Part shown: positions 27,173 through 39,926 of the stretch, piece by piece
Position numbering within the stretch: the first letter of the stretch is position 1
Layout of the letters: each line of letters starts with the position of its first letter
Assembly (NCBI GenBank): GCA_023213395.1
Contig: CM041465.1
Span: forward strand, 153,147,741 to 153,211,740
Source: Cycas panzhihuaensis
Taxonomy: Eukaryota; Plantae; Cycadophyta
DNA: 64,000 bases
Reading direction: 5' to 3'
Notes under the pieces: generated by a model
Databases searched by the model: none
Seen by the model: the letters and a program-made list of their open reading frames with translations, nothing else
What the model was told of the DNA's origin: nothing
Translations under genes and position numbers: made by a program

Positions 27173-30100
27173 TGTTGGACATTGTGACAACAATATTTTG
27201 GGGTTAAAATTTTGGTGTGTTTTCAGTGCAGTTTCCCCCCCAATCTTTCTCGAGGGGTTCCAAGGGGGGTGAGATCCCCCTTTGGCCAAGGGGTGTGGGG
27301 GTGTGGAACACCCCCACTAAGAGGGGATTCGGGGACGATAGCCCCTAACTCAAAAAATTAGCCATGTAAACCTTATCAAATTATAAAGAGAATTAGGGTC
27401 GTTCGATACAAATACCCTAGATTCTATGGCTAAGATTGATGCCTTGGATGTCCCTCTCATGTAGCTCATTTTAGGGCTTCTCTTATTATGTTGTAATGTA
27501 ATGTATTGTGATGAGGGTGGCAGTTGGTTGTTGTTCCTCAGAGCACTCTACTACTGAGATATACTTTTTTCTCCATTCTATAGCAATAAAGATCGATATC
27601 TTTCCTATGTGGATGTTTCCTTAGCACACTGTTAGGGTTTTACCATGTTATATTGGGTGCATATATGATGTTTAGCTTGTATACTGATGTTATTGCATTA
27701 TCTCTGATTTTAGAACTTGCATGTTAATTCTTAGTTTCGATTCCTGTAACTAGTTAGAAAATAGTTTACATCTTATGGCGGTTTAAGGTTTGGGACCTGT
27801 ATTCTTAACAAGTGGTATCAGAGCCACTTTTATTTTGTAGTGAGTTTGTGAAGGTTTTGGTGTCAGTTTTTCTACACCAAATGGCGAAACTAGCAAGTGC
27901 AAAGTTTGAGGTGGAGAAATTCAATGGCAAGAACAACTTTGAGTTGTGGAAGCTAAAAGCACATGATGTTCTTATATAATAGGGTTTGTATAAAGCCCTT
28001 GTAGGAAAATTGAAGAAACCCACAGGGATGGATGATGATGATTGGGATGACTTAGATAAAAAGGCACTTAGCACAATATGATTGTACTTGGCAGATGAAG
28101 TCTTGTTTAACATCGTAGGAGAAGAGACAGCAGCAAGATTATGGACCTGGTTGGAAGGCTTGTATATGACCAAATTAGTAATGAATTGAATCTACCCAAA
28201 GAGGCAATTGTACTCATTACGGATGAAGGAAGGTACAAAAATTACTGACCATTTAAATATTTTCAATACTCTTATTTATCAGTTGACTAGTATCAATATT
28301 AAAATTGAGGATAAGGATAAGGTTGTTACCTTATTATGCTCATTACCTAAATCCTGGGATAATATTGTCACCTCAATTAGTTTTAGCACTATAGATGTAT
28401 TGGATTATGATTATGTTATGAGTGCTTTACTAATAGAAGAAGTACGAAGGAAATCTAGTTTTGAAACCTCCACACTAGAAGCCATGATAGTAAGGGGTAG
28501 AACATTTGAGAGAGGACAAAACTCTAGGGATACATCGAGGTCTAAGTCAAAGAGCAAAAAGAGTAAGCTTAGGTGTTGGCATTGTAATAAGATTGGTCAC
28601 CTCAAGAAGGATTGTTGCAAAAGGAAGGAGTTCCAGAAAAAGGAAGATCCTGCTAAGGAGACGAATCGGGTGGAGTCAAATCAAGGTATGGATCATGATG
28701 TCTTGGTCGCTTGTAATGTTTCTCATTATCACCATGACTGGTTATTAGATTCAGGTGCTTCGCACCACATGTGTCCACACAAGAGTTAGTTTTCCTCATA
28801 CCAACCTCTTGATAGTGGTGATGTGCTTATGGGAAATGAAGTTTCTTGTAAGACAGTGGGCATTGGTAGCATTAGAATTAAGATGTTCGATGGGGTAGTC
28901 AAAATATTAACTGAGATTAGACATGTACCTGATTTGAAAAGGAATATGATTTCCTTGGGTGAATAAGATTCGGGTGGTTTTAAGCATATTGGTCATGAAG
29001 GAGTCCTAAAGGTGTCAAAGGGCACCTTGGTTATTATGAAAGCCTTAAAGAAAGGAAATCTTTATATTTTAGTGGGAAGTACATATGTCATCCAAGCAGC
29101 TACAACATCAAAGACTGCAGAAGATCTAGCTTAGTTATGGCATCAAAGACTTGGGCACATGAATGAGAAAGGACTTAAGGTGTTGATAACCGTAAGTTGC
29201 TTCCTAACTTGCAGCTTTCAGATTTGGCTTTCTTTAAATATTGTATCTTTGGAAAGTAGTGTAGACTCAGGTTTAAAGTAGGAAGTCACACTAGTAAAGG
29301 CATTCTAGATTACATACATTCAGATGTATGGGGACCATCCCCTAAAATATCTTGTGGAGGATCATTGTATTATGTCACATTTATAGATGATTACTCCAAG
29401 AAGGTATGAGTCTATTTTTTGAAAAGGAAATCTGAAGTTTTCAGTGTATTTAAGTAGTTCAAGGTTTTAGTTGAGAACAGTATTGGTAAGACAATCAAAT
29501 GTTTAAGAGCTAACAATAGAGGTGAGTTCAACTCCTTGGAGTTTGAGAACTATCGCAAAGAAGCTGGGATCGAAAGACACAAGACCACTAGTTATACTCC
29601 GCATCAAAATGGCATTGCTGAGCGCATGAATAGGACACTCTTGGAAAGAGCAAAAAGCATGCTAAGTAATGTAGGAGTGGAGTAGGGCTTGGGGCGTGTC
29701 GCTCAAATAGCTTACTATCTGGTAAACAGGTCACCATCACTTGTAATTGATTGCAAGATTCCTAAAGAGGTATGGACTAGACATCCATGTGATTATTCAA
29801 ATTTAAAAGTTTTTGGTTATGATACTTATGCCTGGACTGACAAAAGTAAATATTCAAAGTTAGACCCAAAATCCAAGAGATATATCTTTGTTGGTTATGG
29901 TGATAAGGATGGTGTAAAGGGATACAGGTTGTGGGATCCTACTGCCCACAAAATCACCATTAACAGATATGTCATATTTGATGAATCTCCTCTTGTAAAA
30001 TCAGACAGTATAGAAGCTAAAATGAAATAAGAGTAGCAAGATGAACATCAACAAGTCAAGTTTGAAATGCAGCCATCTGTGGAATCAGAAGAGCATGAAG

Positions 30101-32467
30101 ATCTTTTTGAAGATAAATCAACATCAGATTCATAGGAGTGTGTGGACACTCCTCTGCTAACAGTTAGAAGATCTACATGAGTTAGTCATCCATCTAATAG
30201 GTACAGCCCTTCTATTTCTATTACTTTGGTTTCTAATAATGGTGAGCCCACATGTTATCAGGAAGTAGTAGATGATATCCATGGAGAGAAGTGGATAAGG
30301 GCTATGCAGGAATAAATAGATGCTTTGAAGAAAAATAATTCATGGGACTTGGTAGAACTTCCACATGATAGGAAGATTATTGGTTGTAGGTAGGTTTTCA
30401 AAAAGAAAATAGATGTTGATGGAAAGGTTGATAAATATAGGGCAAGACTGGTGGCTAAAGTTTTTGCACAGAAAGTAGGTATTGACTTTCATGAGATCTT
30501 TTCACCAGTTGTCAAACTTGTTTAAACTCGAGTGTTGTTAGCATTGGTAGCTTCTCTTAATTTGGAGTTGGAGTAGTTAGATGTAAAAATAACTTTTCTA
30601 CATGGAGATTTAGATGAGGAGATCTATATGGATCAACCAGAAGGGTTTGTACAAGATGGCAGGAAAAGACTTATTTGCAGGCTTAAGAAATCATTGTATG
30701 GCCTAAAGTAATCACCCATGCAGTGGTACAAGAAGTTTGATACCTTCAGGGAGAGTCAAGTTTTTAAAAGAAGTGAGTATGATCATTGTGTTTACTTTAA
30801 ATTTATGGACAATGGCTTATTCATTATCTTGGTATTATATGTTGATGACATACTAGTTGTAAGCAAGAGCATGGAAGAAATAAATAAGCTAAAGGCTCAA
30901 TTGGCTAGGACTTTTGATATGAAGGATCTAGGAGCTGCAAAACAAATCTTAGGCATGGAGATATACAAAGACAGGAAAAATAGTAAGCTATGGTTATCAT
31001 AGCAGAAATATGTGGAGAAGGTGCTAACCAGGTTTGATATGGCAAATGTGAAACCAGTGAGTATCCCATTGGCTTCCCACTTCAAGCTTTCTTCAAATAT
31101 GAGTCCTAGTAGTGAAGAAGAAAAGGCTTATATATCTCGTGTGCCTTATGCCAGTGCAGTAGGAGGTTTGATGTATGCTATGGTATGTACAAGACCTGAT
31201 ATTTCACATACAGTCGGTGTAGTTAGCAGGTTTATGGCAAATCTAAGGAAAGAATATTGGGCTGCAGTGAAATGGGTGCTTCGGTATTTGAGAGGCACAA
31301 GTGACTACTGCATCATCTTTGGAGGTACAGGTAATCAGGTTTGTGGATATATTGATTTAGACTTTACAGGAGATTTAGACAAAAGAAGGTCTACTTCAGG
31401 TTATATTTTCACTCTTGCAAATGGTCTAGTTAGTTGGATGTCCAAATTGCAGAGCACAGTTGTACTGTCAACTACGAAAGCTAAATATGTTGCTGCAGCA
31501 TATGCTTGTAAAGAAGCAATCTGGTTATAGGGTCTATTGGTTGATCTTGGAAGGAGACAGGAAAATGTAAAGGTATTTTATGACAGGCAAAGTGCCATTT
31601 ACTTAGTTAAGAATCTGGCTTATCAGAGTAGAACAAAGCATATTACTCTTAAGTACCATTTTGTTAAACAGGTTGTGGAAGTAGGTGGAGTGGCACTTGA
31701 GAAGATTCACACCAATTAGAATTATGCTGATATATTCACAAAACTAGTACCATTAGAGAAGCTCAAATGTTGTTTGACTTCTCTTGGCTTACAGAAAAGA
31801 TGATGAAGGGTCCAGGAAAGGTACTAGGTAAATTATTGTCAAGGTGGAGATTGTTAGACATTGTGATAACAATATTTTGGGGTTAAAATTTTGGTGTGTT
31901 TTCAGCGCAGTTTCCCCCCTGATCTTTCTTAGGGGGTTCCAAGGAGGGTAGAAGCCCCCCTTGGCCAGGGGATGCAGGGGGCATGGAATGCCCCTCGCTA
32001 AGAGGGGGTTAAAATTAGCTATGTAAACCTTATCAAATTATAAAGAGAATTAGGGTTGTTTGATACAAATACCCTAGATTCTACAGTTGATATTGATGCC
32101 TTGGATGTTCCTCTCATATAGCCTGTTTTAGGGCTTTTCTTATTATGTTGTAATGTAATATACTATGATGAGGATGGCAGCTAGTTGTTATTCCTGAGAG
32201 CACTCTCCTACTGAGATGTACTATTTTCTCTATTCTACAGCAATAAAGATCGATACGTTTCCTGTGTGGATGTTTCCTTAGCACACTGCTAGGGTTTTAC
32301 CATGTTATATCAGGTGCATATGTGATGTTTAGCTTATATACTGATGTTATTGCATTACCTCTAATTTTAGAACTTGCATGTTAATTCTTAGTTTTGATTC
32401 CTATAACTAGTTGCAAAATAGTTTAGATCTTGTGGTGGTTTAAGGTTTGGGACCTGTATTCTCAACA
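27173..32467 (+). mobile_element. Ty1/Copia LTR retrotransposon (Tork/Tnt1-like), full length, degenerate
   Basis: LTRs 27173-27810 and 31852-32467 (TG..CA). TSD tatgc at 27168-27172 and 32468-32472. PBS tggtatcagagcca 27813-27826. PPT aaggtggagat 31841-31851. Empty site in copy 1 at ~13193-13197. Confidence 0.97.
27881..31803 (+). pseudogene. Copia gag-pol polyprotein, disrupted
   Basis: MAKLASAKFEVEKFNGKNNFELWKLK, CWHCNKIGHLKKDC, WLLDSGASHHM, HSDVWGP, QNGIAERMNRTL, LYVDDIL, RRSTSGYIF, RTKHI..KYHF. Confidence 0.95.
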
Positions 32468-35400
32468 TATGCTACTTTGCTCTTTAATATTTTAGATCAA
32501 GTTCTTACCTTTCTAGAAGAAAGATCAGTTAGTAATAAGTTGGGTTTCATCTCCAACCATCATGTTGATCTTGTACTTGATATTTGGTTTGTCTTGCTAT
32601 GTTTTAAGTGACCTAGTGATGGGTAATCGTTTCTATTACATACAATTAAGAGAGTTGAATGAGTACCATTTAAGTCATTAAGAGTGATTTCTTCTCACCT
32701 CATTTATCTTTAAAAAGTTAAGACAATCTAGAGTTATATGTGGGCATCCCCAAGCTTTTCACACTTATAAATAGGATATTATTGTGAGAAACTATCCACC
32801 ATGCCCCACGAGTCGGTCCTTAACAACTTATAATTCAATTCTTTTTTATCTTTCTTCTCATCAACCCTCCCTTTCTATTGGTTTACATCAATGAGCATGT
32901 GTAATTAGTAGGTTGGCATAGGTAAGTTTAATACCACTAGGGGAAATAGATCCTAGGTTATATTCATAGGATCTTGATATCAATTAAGGTATTCGTATCC
33001 TAACATCTCTCTTCATCTTGAAGACTTACTTTAGTATTGTTTACTTCATCTGAGGGACCTGCATAGTTAGGTTTTATCTATTTCTTTTACATTAACTACT
33101 TATATTTAGATTAATGATAGTTTAGCTTGATTGTTTTTTTTTTTTCAATTTGTTTATTGATTGATTAGTAGCCCAACTAGGTAGCTTAATACTATTTATG
33201 TAATCCTTATCTACTTCCCCTTATTTTGTCTTTTGTACTCAACCTTCTATCCTTCTTCACACCCTGTAACCCCGCATTCACATCCATGAGGCACATGATT
33301 ATCTCATGAGGAAATCATTGAACTCCCTTCTCTAATTTAGGCCTCTTACCTTGGGTCTTAAGTCAAGTCATATGAGCTACATCCCTCTCCTATAAGTTAT
33401 ATTTCAAGTAACCTTACCAAGGACTTCCTAGTATGAGTCATTTTCTTTTTATTAACTCCTTTCCTTGTTCTATTTGAGACTTGTTACCATAAGTGTCTTT
33501 GGTAAGGCCTTTTTAATAGCTCACCTTGAGTAGAATCACTCACCATATTATACAAGAGTGTAAAGGAAAAAACAATAATAATAACGATGTGATCCCTAGC
33601 ATGGTCATCAAAATATTTATTTAAGAATGAGGTTTTATTCTTTTAATATAAGGAAATATTTAAAGTCAAGATAAACCCTAAAAGAAAGAAATAAATTTTT
33701 TGTCTACAAGGAACATTATCCCTATAAGTGCTGAATAAATATTTATGTATATATATGGTCACTAGTTATATTGAAATATAGCAAGGTAAGAGTATCTATA
33801 AAGAGCAACAAAGTTTATTTTATAAGGGTGTTCAACTTTTTTTATTTCATCAATTTATCTCGTATATTCTCCCAAAATAAATTAATATATTTATTATTAT
33901 TTTTTTAGCTAAATCAATTAAATAAAATATAAAAAATAAATCAAATAAGGCATAAAGGCTCTTACTTTATTTGTTCCTTCAGGAGGTGTCCTCACTTGAT
34001 GACAAATGAGTGTAAACACATATTCCTTCTTTATCCAATCTTCTTTCAACTTGTAAGACAATACTAAAGAAAATGCTACCAAGTATGTATTTCCCATTAA
34101 CATTAGAGAAAACTAAATAAATGATATATAGGAGTCATTCCAAAATCAAAGTAAGGCTATATAAGTATGCTTGACAGTCACCCCAAGACAATGTGTAAAA
34201 GAGAAAGGAAGATAAGTGAGAAGAACGAGTAATTGTGAGAGTGATAAATAAAAAATCAACAATAAATAAATAACAAATAAAAATTTAAAATATAAAAATA
34301 AATAAAATAAGTTAAAATATACGAAAAGTAGTTATGATGATGAAATTATATCATCAAAATAATCTATATTATGGAAACATAGAGGAATAGTCGCACGAAT
34401 GCTACATGAATCGAATTAGAAAACCATGGTATGATCATAGATAATACTATAGAAAATGAATTAATATCCTATAGTATATTGCAGGTATTATAAGAAGAGA
34501 TATAGTATAATAGAGCGATATTATAGAAATTATGAAGAGGATGTACAATACAGTACTACAAAAAAATGAGTAATATACATGATACAATCACCAAAATTAC
34601 ATAGCAAGTCATAGTATAGCAGAAAAACAATAGAAAACAACAAAATAATAAGCCAAAATTTGAAAGTTTGATTATAATAAAGGAGCATGTATCAAACTTT
34701 AGTGTAAAAACAAAAATAAATTCAAAATTAGATAATGTATATCTTATTTAAAGAAAGTCAAGTAGGGAATGGGGCAAGGGGCCTTATTTGAGTGTAAGCA
34801 AATAAGTGTAACAATTGTTCTAAGAATTAAATGACCTTAGATTAGAAGTATTTATAACATGAATTTGAAAAATAGGTCTCTAAATTGATATAAAAGTTAG
34901 GTTTTGAGTGAAATATGTTATCTTTCAAGATTTTATTATGAAGTCAATTTCAAAGAACTGTGAAATGGGCCAATGGATAAATGTGGAAAAGTAAAAGGGG
35001 TATAACTTTCTTATACAGTGTATATTTTTAGATCATGATGACTCAATCCATATCTACCTAAGGAGATCTATGCAATGGGCCATGTAACAAAAGTGATTGT
35101 ATTCAAAATCAATGTTTAAAATACAAAAAAAAAAAAAGAGAGAAAAATATAACAAAAAGAGTATATAAAACAAACAAAAAAAGTAACAATTGTTATGTGA
35201 CTCAACCTACGAAGTTATACCTCTATGATGAAAAGGTATTATAGAGTCCAAATCCCTTTTGCGTTGTCGATGAAAGGTAAATGCAATATACACAGGTAAC
35301 CAAAGTATATGCTCAATTACATGTAGCATAAATCAAATATCAAACAAATGTAGGCAATCAAATGCAACATAAGGCATATGACAAGTAATGTATGCATATG

Positions 35401-35739
35401 TAATATGTGAGAAAAAAAAATTATTTCCAATGTTTATAAATTTAAGGCAAGGGGTTTAAAATTAAGGAAACAAATACTACTTGCAAAAATCCCAAGGGTA
35501 GATTCACACCAAATCAATTGAATAGACACAGATCTATGTTAATTTTATAGAGCAATTTTCAGATAATATTATAATAAATCTATAGCTATATTAAATAGAT
35601 CTCAAAGTATATACTAGAATATATAAATGATAGGGAATGATTACGTATTAATATTATGCATAAGAAATATCCAAAAATTAATAAGAAAGTGAAAGTTGGT
35701 CGTAATGTGGCTAAAGAGAGAAGTAAAGAGAGAGAATAT

Positions 35740-36704
35740 TAAGAGCACATAGGATCAACTAGCATTTGGGAGAAATGCTACAGACAATATCATTTTGTGA
35801 GAAAGAGTTAAGTCAAGAGACATCAATCCAACTTTTTATAATGCAAATGAAATGGCTATAGATGTTCTCACTGAGTGAGTTACTGAGAAATGCATGAACA
35901 CCATAGAACTTTTATTGGAGTGTATCAAATCAATTGATATGAGAATGTAATGATAAGCATCATACTTAAATCTTTGGCTAAGCAAGAGTGTTGGGAGATA
36001 ACAAGAATCAAGTTTGGGAGACTAAAAGAACTATTGATGATTGTGGGAGAAGATTTAATGATCATGATCAAAAGAGGCATGATTGATTGAGATTGAAAAG
36101 GAGTCTATTGTGGTCCATCTAACATGATTGCATTTGCAATTTTGATGGTATACAAACAAAGAGTTCTTAAGTTATAATTTTAGGGAGTCCTTTTACTATA
36201 ATAGTAGGTAGTTATTAATTGTAGTTGTAGATAGTTATTGACTAGAATAATTGGCAATTATTGATTGCAATTGCACATGATTATTAATTATAACTATAGG
36301 TAGTTTTAAAACTATAAACATGTGATTTTGAGTTGTGACTACAAGTATCCATTAATTGTAAATGTAGAAAGAGTTGAAGTCGTAATTGCAAGCAATTTTT
36401 AGCTATAACTATAATTGTTTACTAATGTACAATATACATACATATAATGAGAGCTTATGTAGTATGCAAATAACAAAAATTTTTAGAATATTTATTTTTC
36501 TTCTAGTTTTCTCTTGGTTTTTATGAATCCAGACTTCCTCTTTGCATGTCTATTTGTATTAAAAGGGAAGTTCACAAATCACGGCTTAATCTAAAGTTTG
36601 TATGAAGAGGCTTAATAAATTATTTGATTGTTAATATTGACAATGAGTAAATGGTATTAATTTCATTCAACGCGTTGAGACGGGACTATGTCGTGCTTCC
36701 AACA
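35740..36704 (+). mobile_element. 3' remnant of a Copia element: RNase H end plus LTR (35989-36704)
   Basis: QYHFVR..VKSRDI...NANEMAIDVLT (with frameshift), followed by TGTTGG...CCAACA inverted termini. No partner LTR or TSD seen. Confidence 0.6.
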
Positions 36705-36894
36705 AGACATAATTTATGAGTACATTCATATAATTCAAGGGGGAGGACATTGTCCTAACAGATTGGAGGATGACAATAACCGTTAGATGGCATGAAAGTT
36801 ATCATAAACATAAATCTGTGTTGTGTTTCCAATAATGCATCACAATTTCCATTATCTTAATCAATAAATAATTTGCTATTCTTTCACTCCACAG

Positions 36895-36958
36895 ATTGTC
36901 AAATGGCACCAGCACTGACATCACCTTCGATAACTCGGTTAGAGCACCCGTTTAATAA
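36895..36958 (+). CDS. Candidate terminal coding exon of an unidentified host gene (LSNGTSTDITFDNSVRAPV**)
   Basis: Pyrimidine tract plus CAG acceptor (ttctttcactccacag, ends 36894). Open frame to TAA-TAA. Three CpGs retained in ~60 nt. No TE motif recognised. Confidence 0.35.
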
Positions 36959-37950
36959 GTGGGAGGTCAGAATGCATGGGTTATTAGTCACTACAACTGT
37001 CATTTGAATAGGATGTTGCTTTGTGTACATAGTTTTATCAATGCTAATAAGAGTAGCTATAAAGGGGTCCCACCTCTTGCTTATATGGGAAATGCAAGTA
37101 GTCTTCAAATGGCTATATGGCCTCAAATTGCCTCATGGGCTAAAAACATACTTCTTTGGGCTTATATCAACCACCATGGGCTTACATCATACCTTTATGG
37201 GCTAAAAAACTAGTAATAATGTTAATACATGACTTGAAAGATAAATGTAACTCAAGTATAACATGAATGACTCTCTCTCATATAATGAAGCTCAATGTAA
37301 AATGGGTTCTCTAGAATAAAAAAATAAGACCTTAGTACATGTTTTTCCGCCCATTTAGGGTATATCATATTAACAAATATCATGAAGCCTTTAGAAATAT
37401 GTGTATGTGCCTAAAGAAGCTAAAAAAATAAAGAAAAATAAAAGCTTGAAAGAAACATTTAAATTTAAGATAAAATTTATACATCAAAATAACTCCAAAT
37501 AATATCAAGTAATATGCCAAATAAAAGATCTCTCTATTACAAATCCAATGCAACTAACAAGACTAAAAATTAAGCCACTTCACTCAAGTTATAACAAAAA
37601 AATGTGACAAAGACTACATAAGGGCTTAGCCCCTTTCACTGCTAACTGAGGTCATATAAATACTCCATGCAACCAGGAGTTGATGACCAAGTAGGTTGGG
37701 CTAGCCTAAAATAGTATTAAATTTGATTAAATTTTATTTTTTCAACAAAAAAAATATTAAGCCCATTTTATAAAAATTTGTGTCCACCAAAGTTAATAAT
37801 AATATATGCCCAAAAAAAATAATGATAAAAATAAAAATTAATCTTAATTTTTTCGGTTTCACTATTGTGATTTAGGGTTGCCATTATTCATTTCTCCATC
37901 AAATATTTTACAACTACCATGGATTCATTCTGCTTGTTCATGCTCTTTAT

Positions 37951-38294
37951 GCTCTCAAACTTGGGATACATGGATTTAAATCTAGTAGAGGCCTCTTCCA
38001 ACTTTAGAATGGCATCCTCCTCATTGAAGATTATATTACATCCTATGATGTGGCCTTTAAGAAGTCTCTCTATGCATTAAGATGGGCTAGAGACTTGGAA
38101 CGATGCAGAACTGAGACATCCTCTACTATAAGGATTTACAATTTATGAAGAGATTCATCCTCAGATGCCTCTTCTAATGCTTCTCTCAATATATTCTCCT
38201 GCATTCTCCTCAGGATTGTTGGCTCCACTACATTAGGCCTCTTGTTCTTCTTCTTCCACTTCTTGTTGAATATTAGGGTTGTGCAAAAAGAAAT
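37951..38294 (-). pseudogene. N-terminal fragment of plant PLP-dependent transferase / molybdenum-cofactor-sulfurase-like protein (At4g37100/At2g23520/At5g66950 type)
   Basis: ISFCTTLIFNKK..PTILRRMQENILREALEEASEDESL..LHRSKSLAHLNA*RDFLKATS../IFNEEDAILKLEEASTRFKSMYPKFES. Matches the remembered family motifs LRKLQENKLREALEEASEDGSL, LGRSRSLARL.AQREFLRAT and L.EAF..FL.MYPKY.S. Three stops and one frameshift (~38040). Confidence 0.85.
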
Positions 38295-39277
<983 letters not shown>

Positions 39278-39606
39278 CTGCATGCAATATTATTTTAGTG
39301 CCACATGCATACAAATTATCCATTATGAGCAGCTTAAAACAAACTTCATAGAGCTTCAAAAAATACTCTAACACAGGATTCAAAACATCCTTATAACAAT
39401 ATCATAATAACCCGTAAAAATATTGATAGTAATCCCATAAAAAATGTGCATAAGCTAGCTTCAAATAACTTAAAATGATCCTTTAAGTGAATAATGATCA
39501 TGTCACAAATTAGGTATAATAAAAAAATTAACAAGGTTTCTAAAAGATAAAAAAATGATAACATGTATAAGGCTCAACAATAATGTCTTTAAGGATTCAA
39601 CCTTAT

Positions 39607-39926
39607 GCTTTGATACCATATTAGAATTTGAATATGCAATATACACAAAGGATATGATGGGGAGTTAAAGATATAACATTGAAGCTCAAACAAGATGAAG
39701 TATGTACAAATGAACACAAGATATAGGGAAATGGCCAAAGCTTAAATTAGAATAAATGATAATATACATACTTATAATACAAGCTCACCATCAATGAGAG
39801 AACCTCATTGGTTAATATAGAGGTGGCATACATCTCTATGTGGCTCACAACCTCAAATATAAAATATATATAATGTAGAGAGAGTGTACATGAGGGTAAT
39901 TATGTAATCAGGTATTACACCCAATA
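39607..39926 (-). mobile_element. Orphan 5' LTR (~39619-39926) with tRNA-iMet PBS (39607-39618)
   Basis: gctttgatacca (rc TGGTATCAAAGC) directly abuts tattagaa (degenerate TGTTAG-type end). The far end 'ccaata' is tentative. Confidence 0.55.

Larger units (their letters stand above)
16328..35611 (+). repeat. Tandem segmental duplication, copy 2 (carries Gypsy and Copia insertions and an ~0.9-kb deletion)
   Basis: Aligns by eye along copy 1 once 18000-24506 and 27173-32467 are removed. Lacks copy-1 ~12025-12909. Confidence 0.93.

Noticed and set aside
25880-27289. Short hydrophobic ORFs
   Set aside because: AT-rich chance ORFs. The paralogous copy-1 sequence does not yield matching ORFs in the track.
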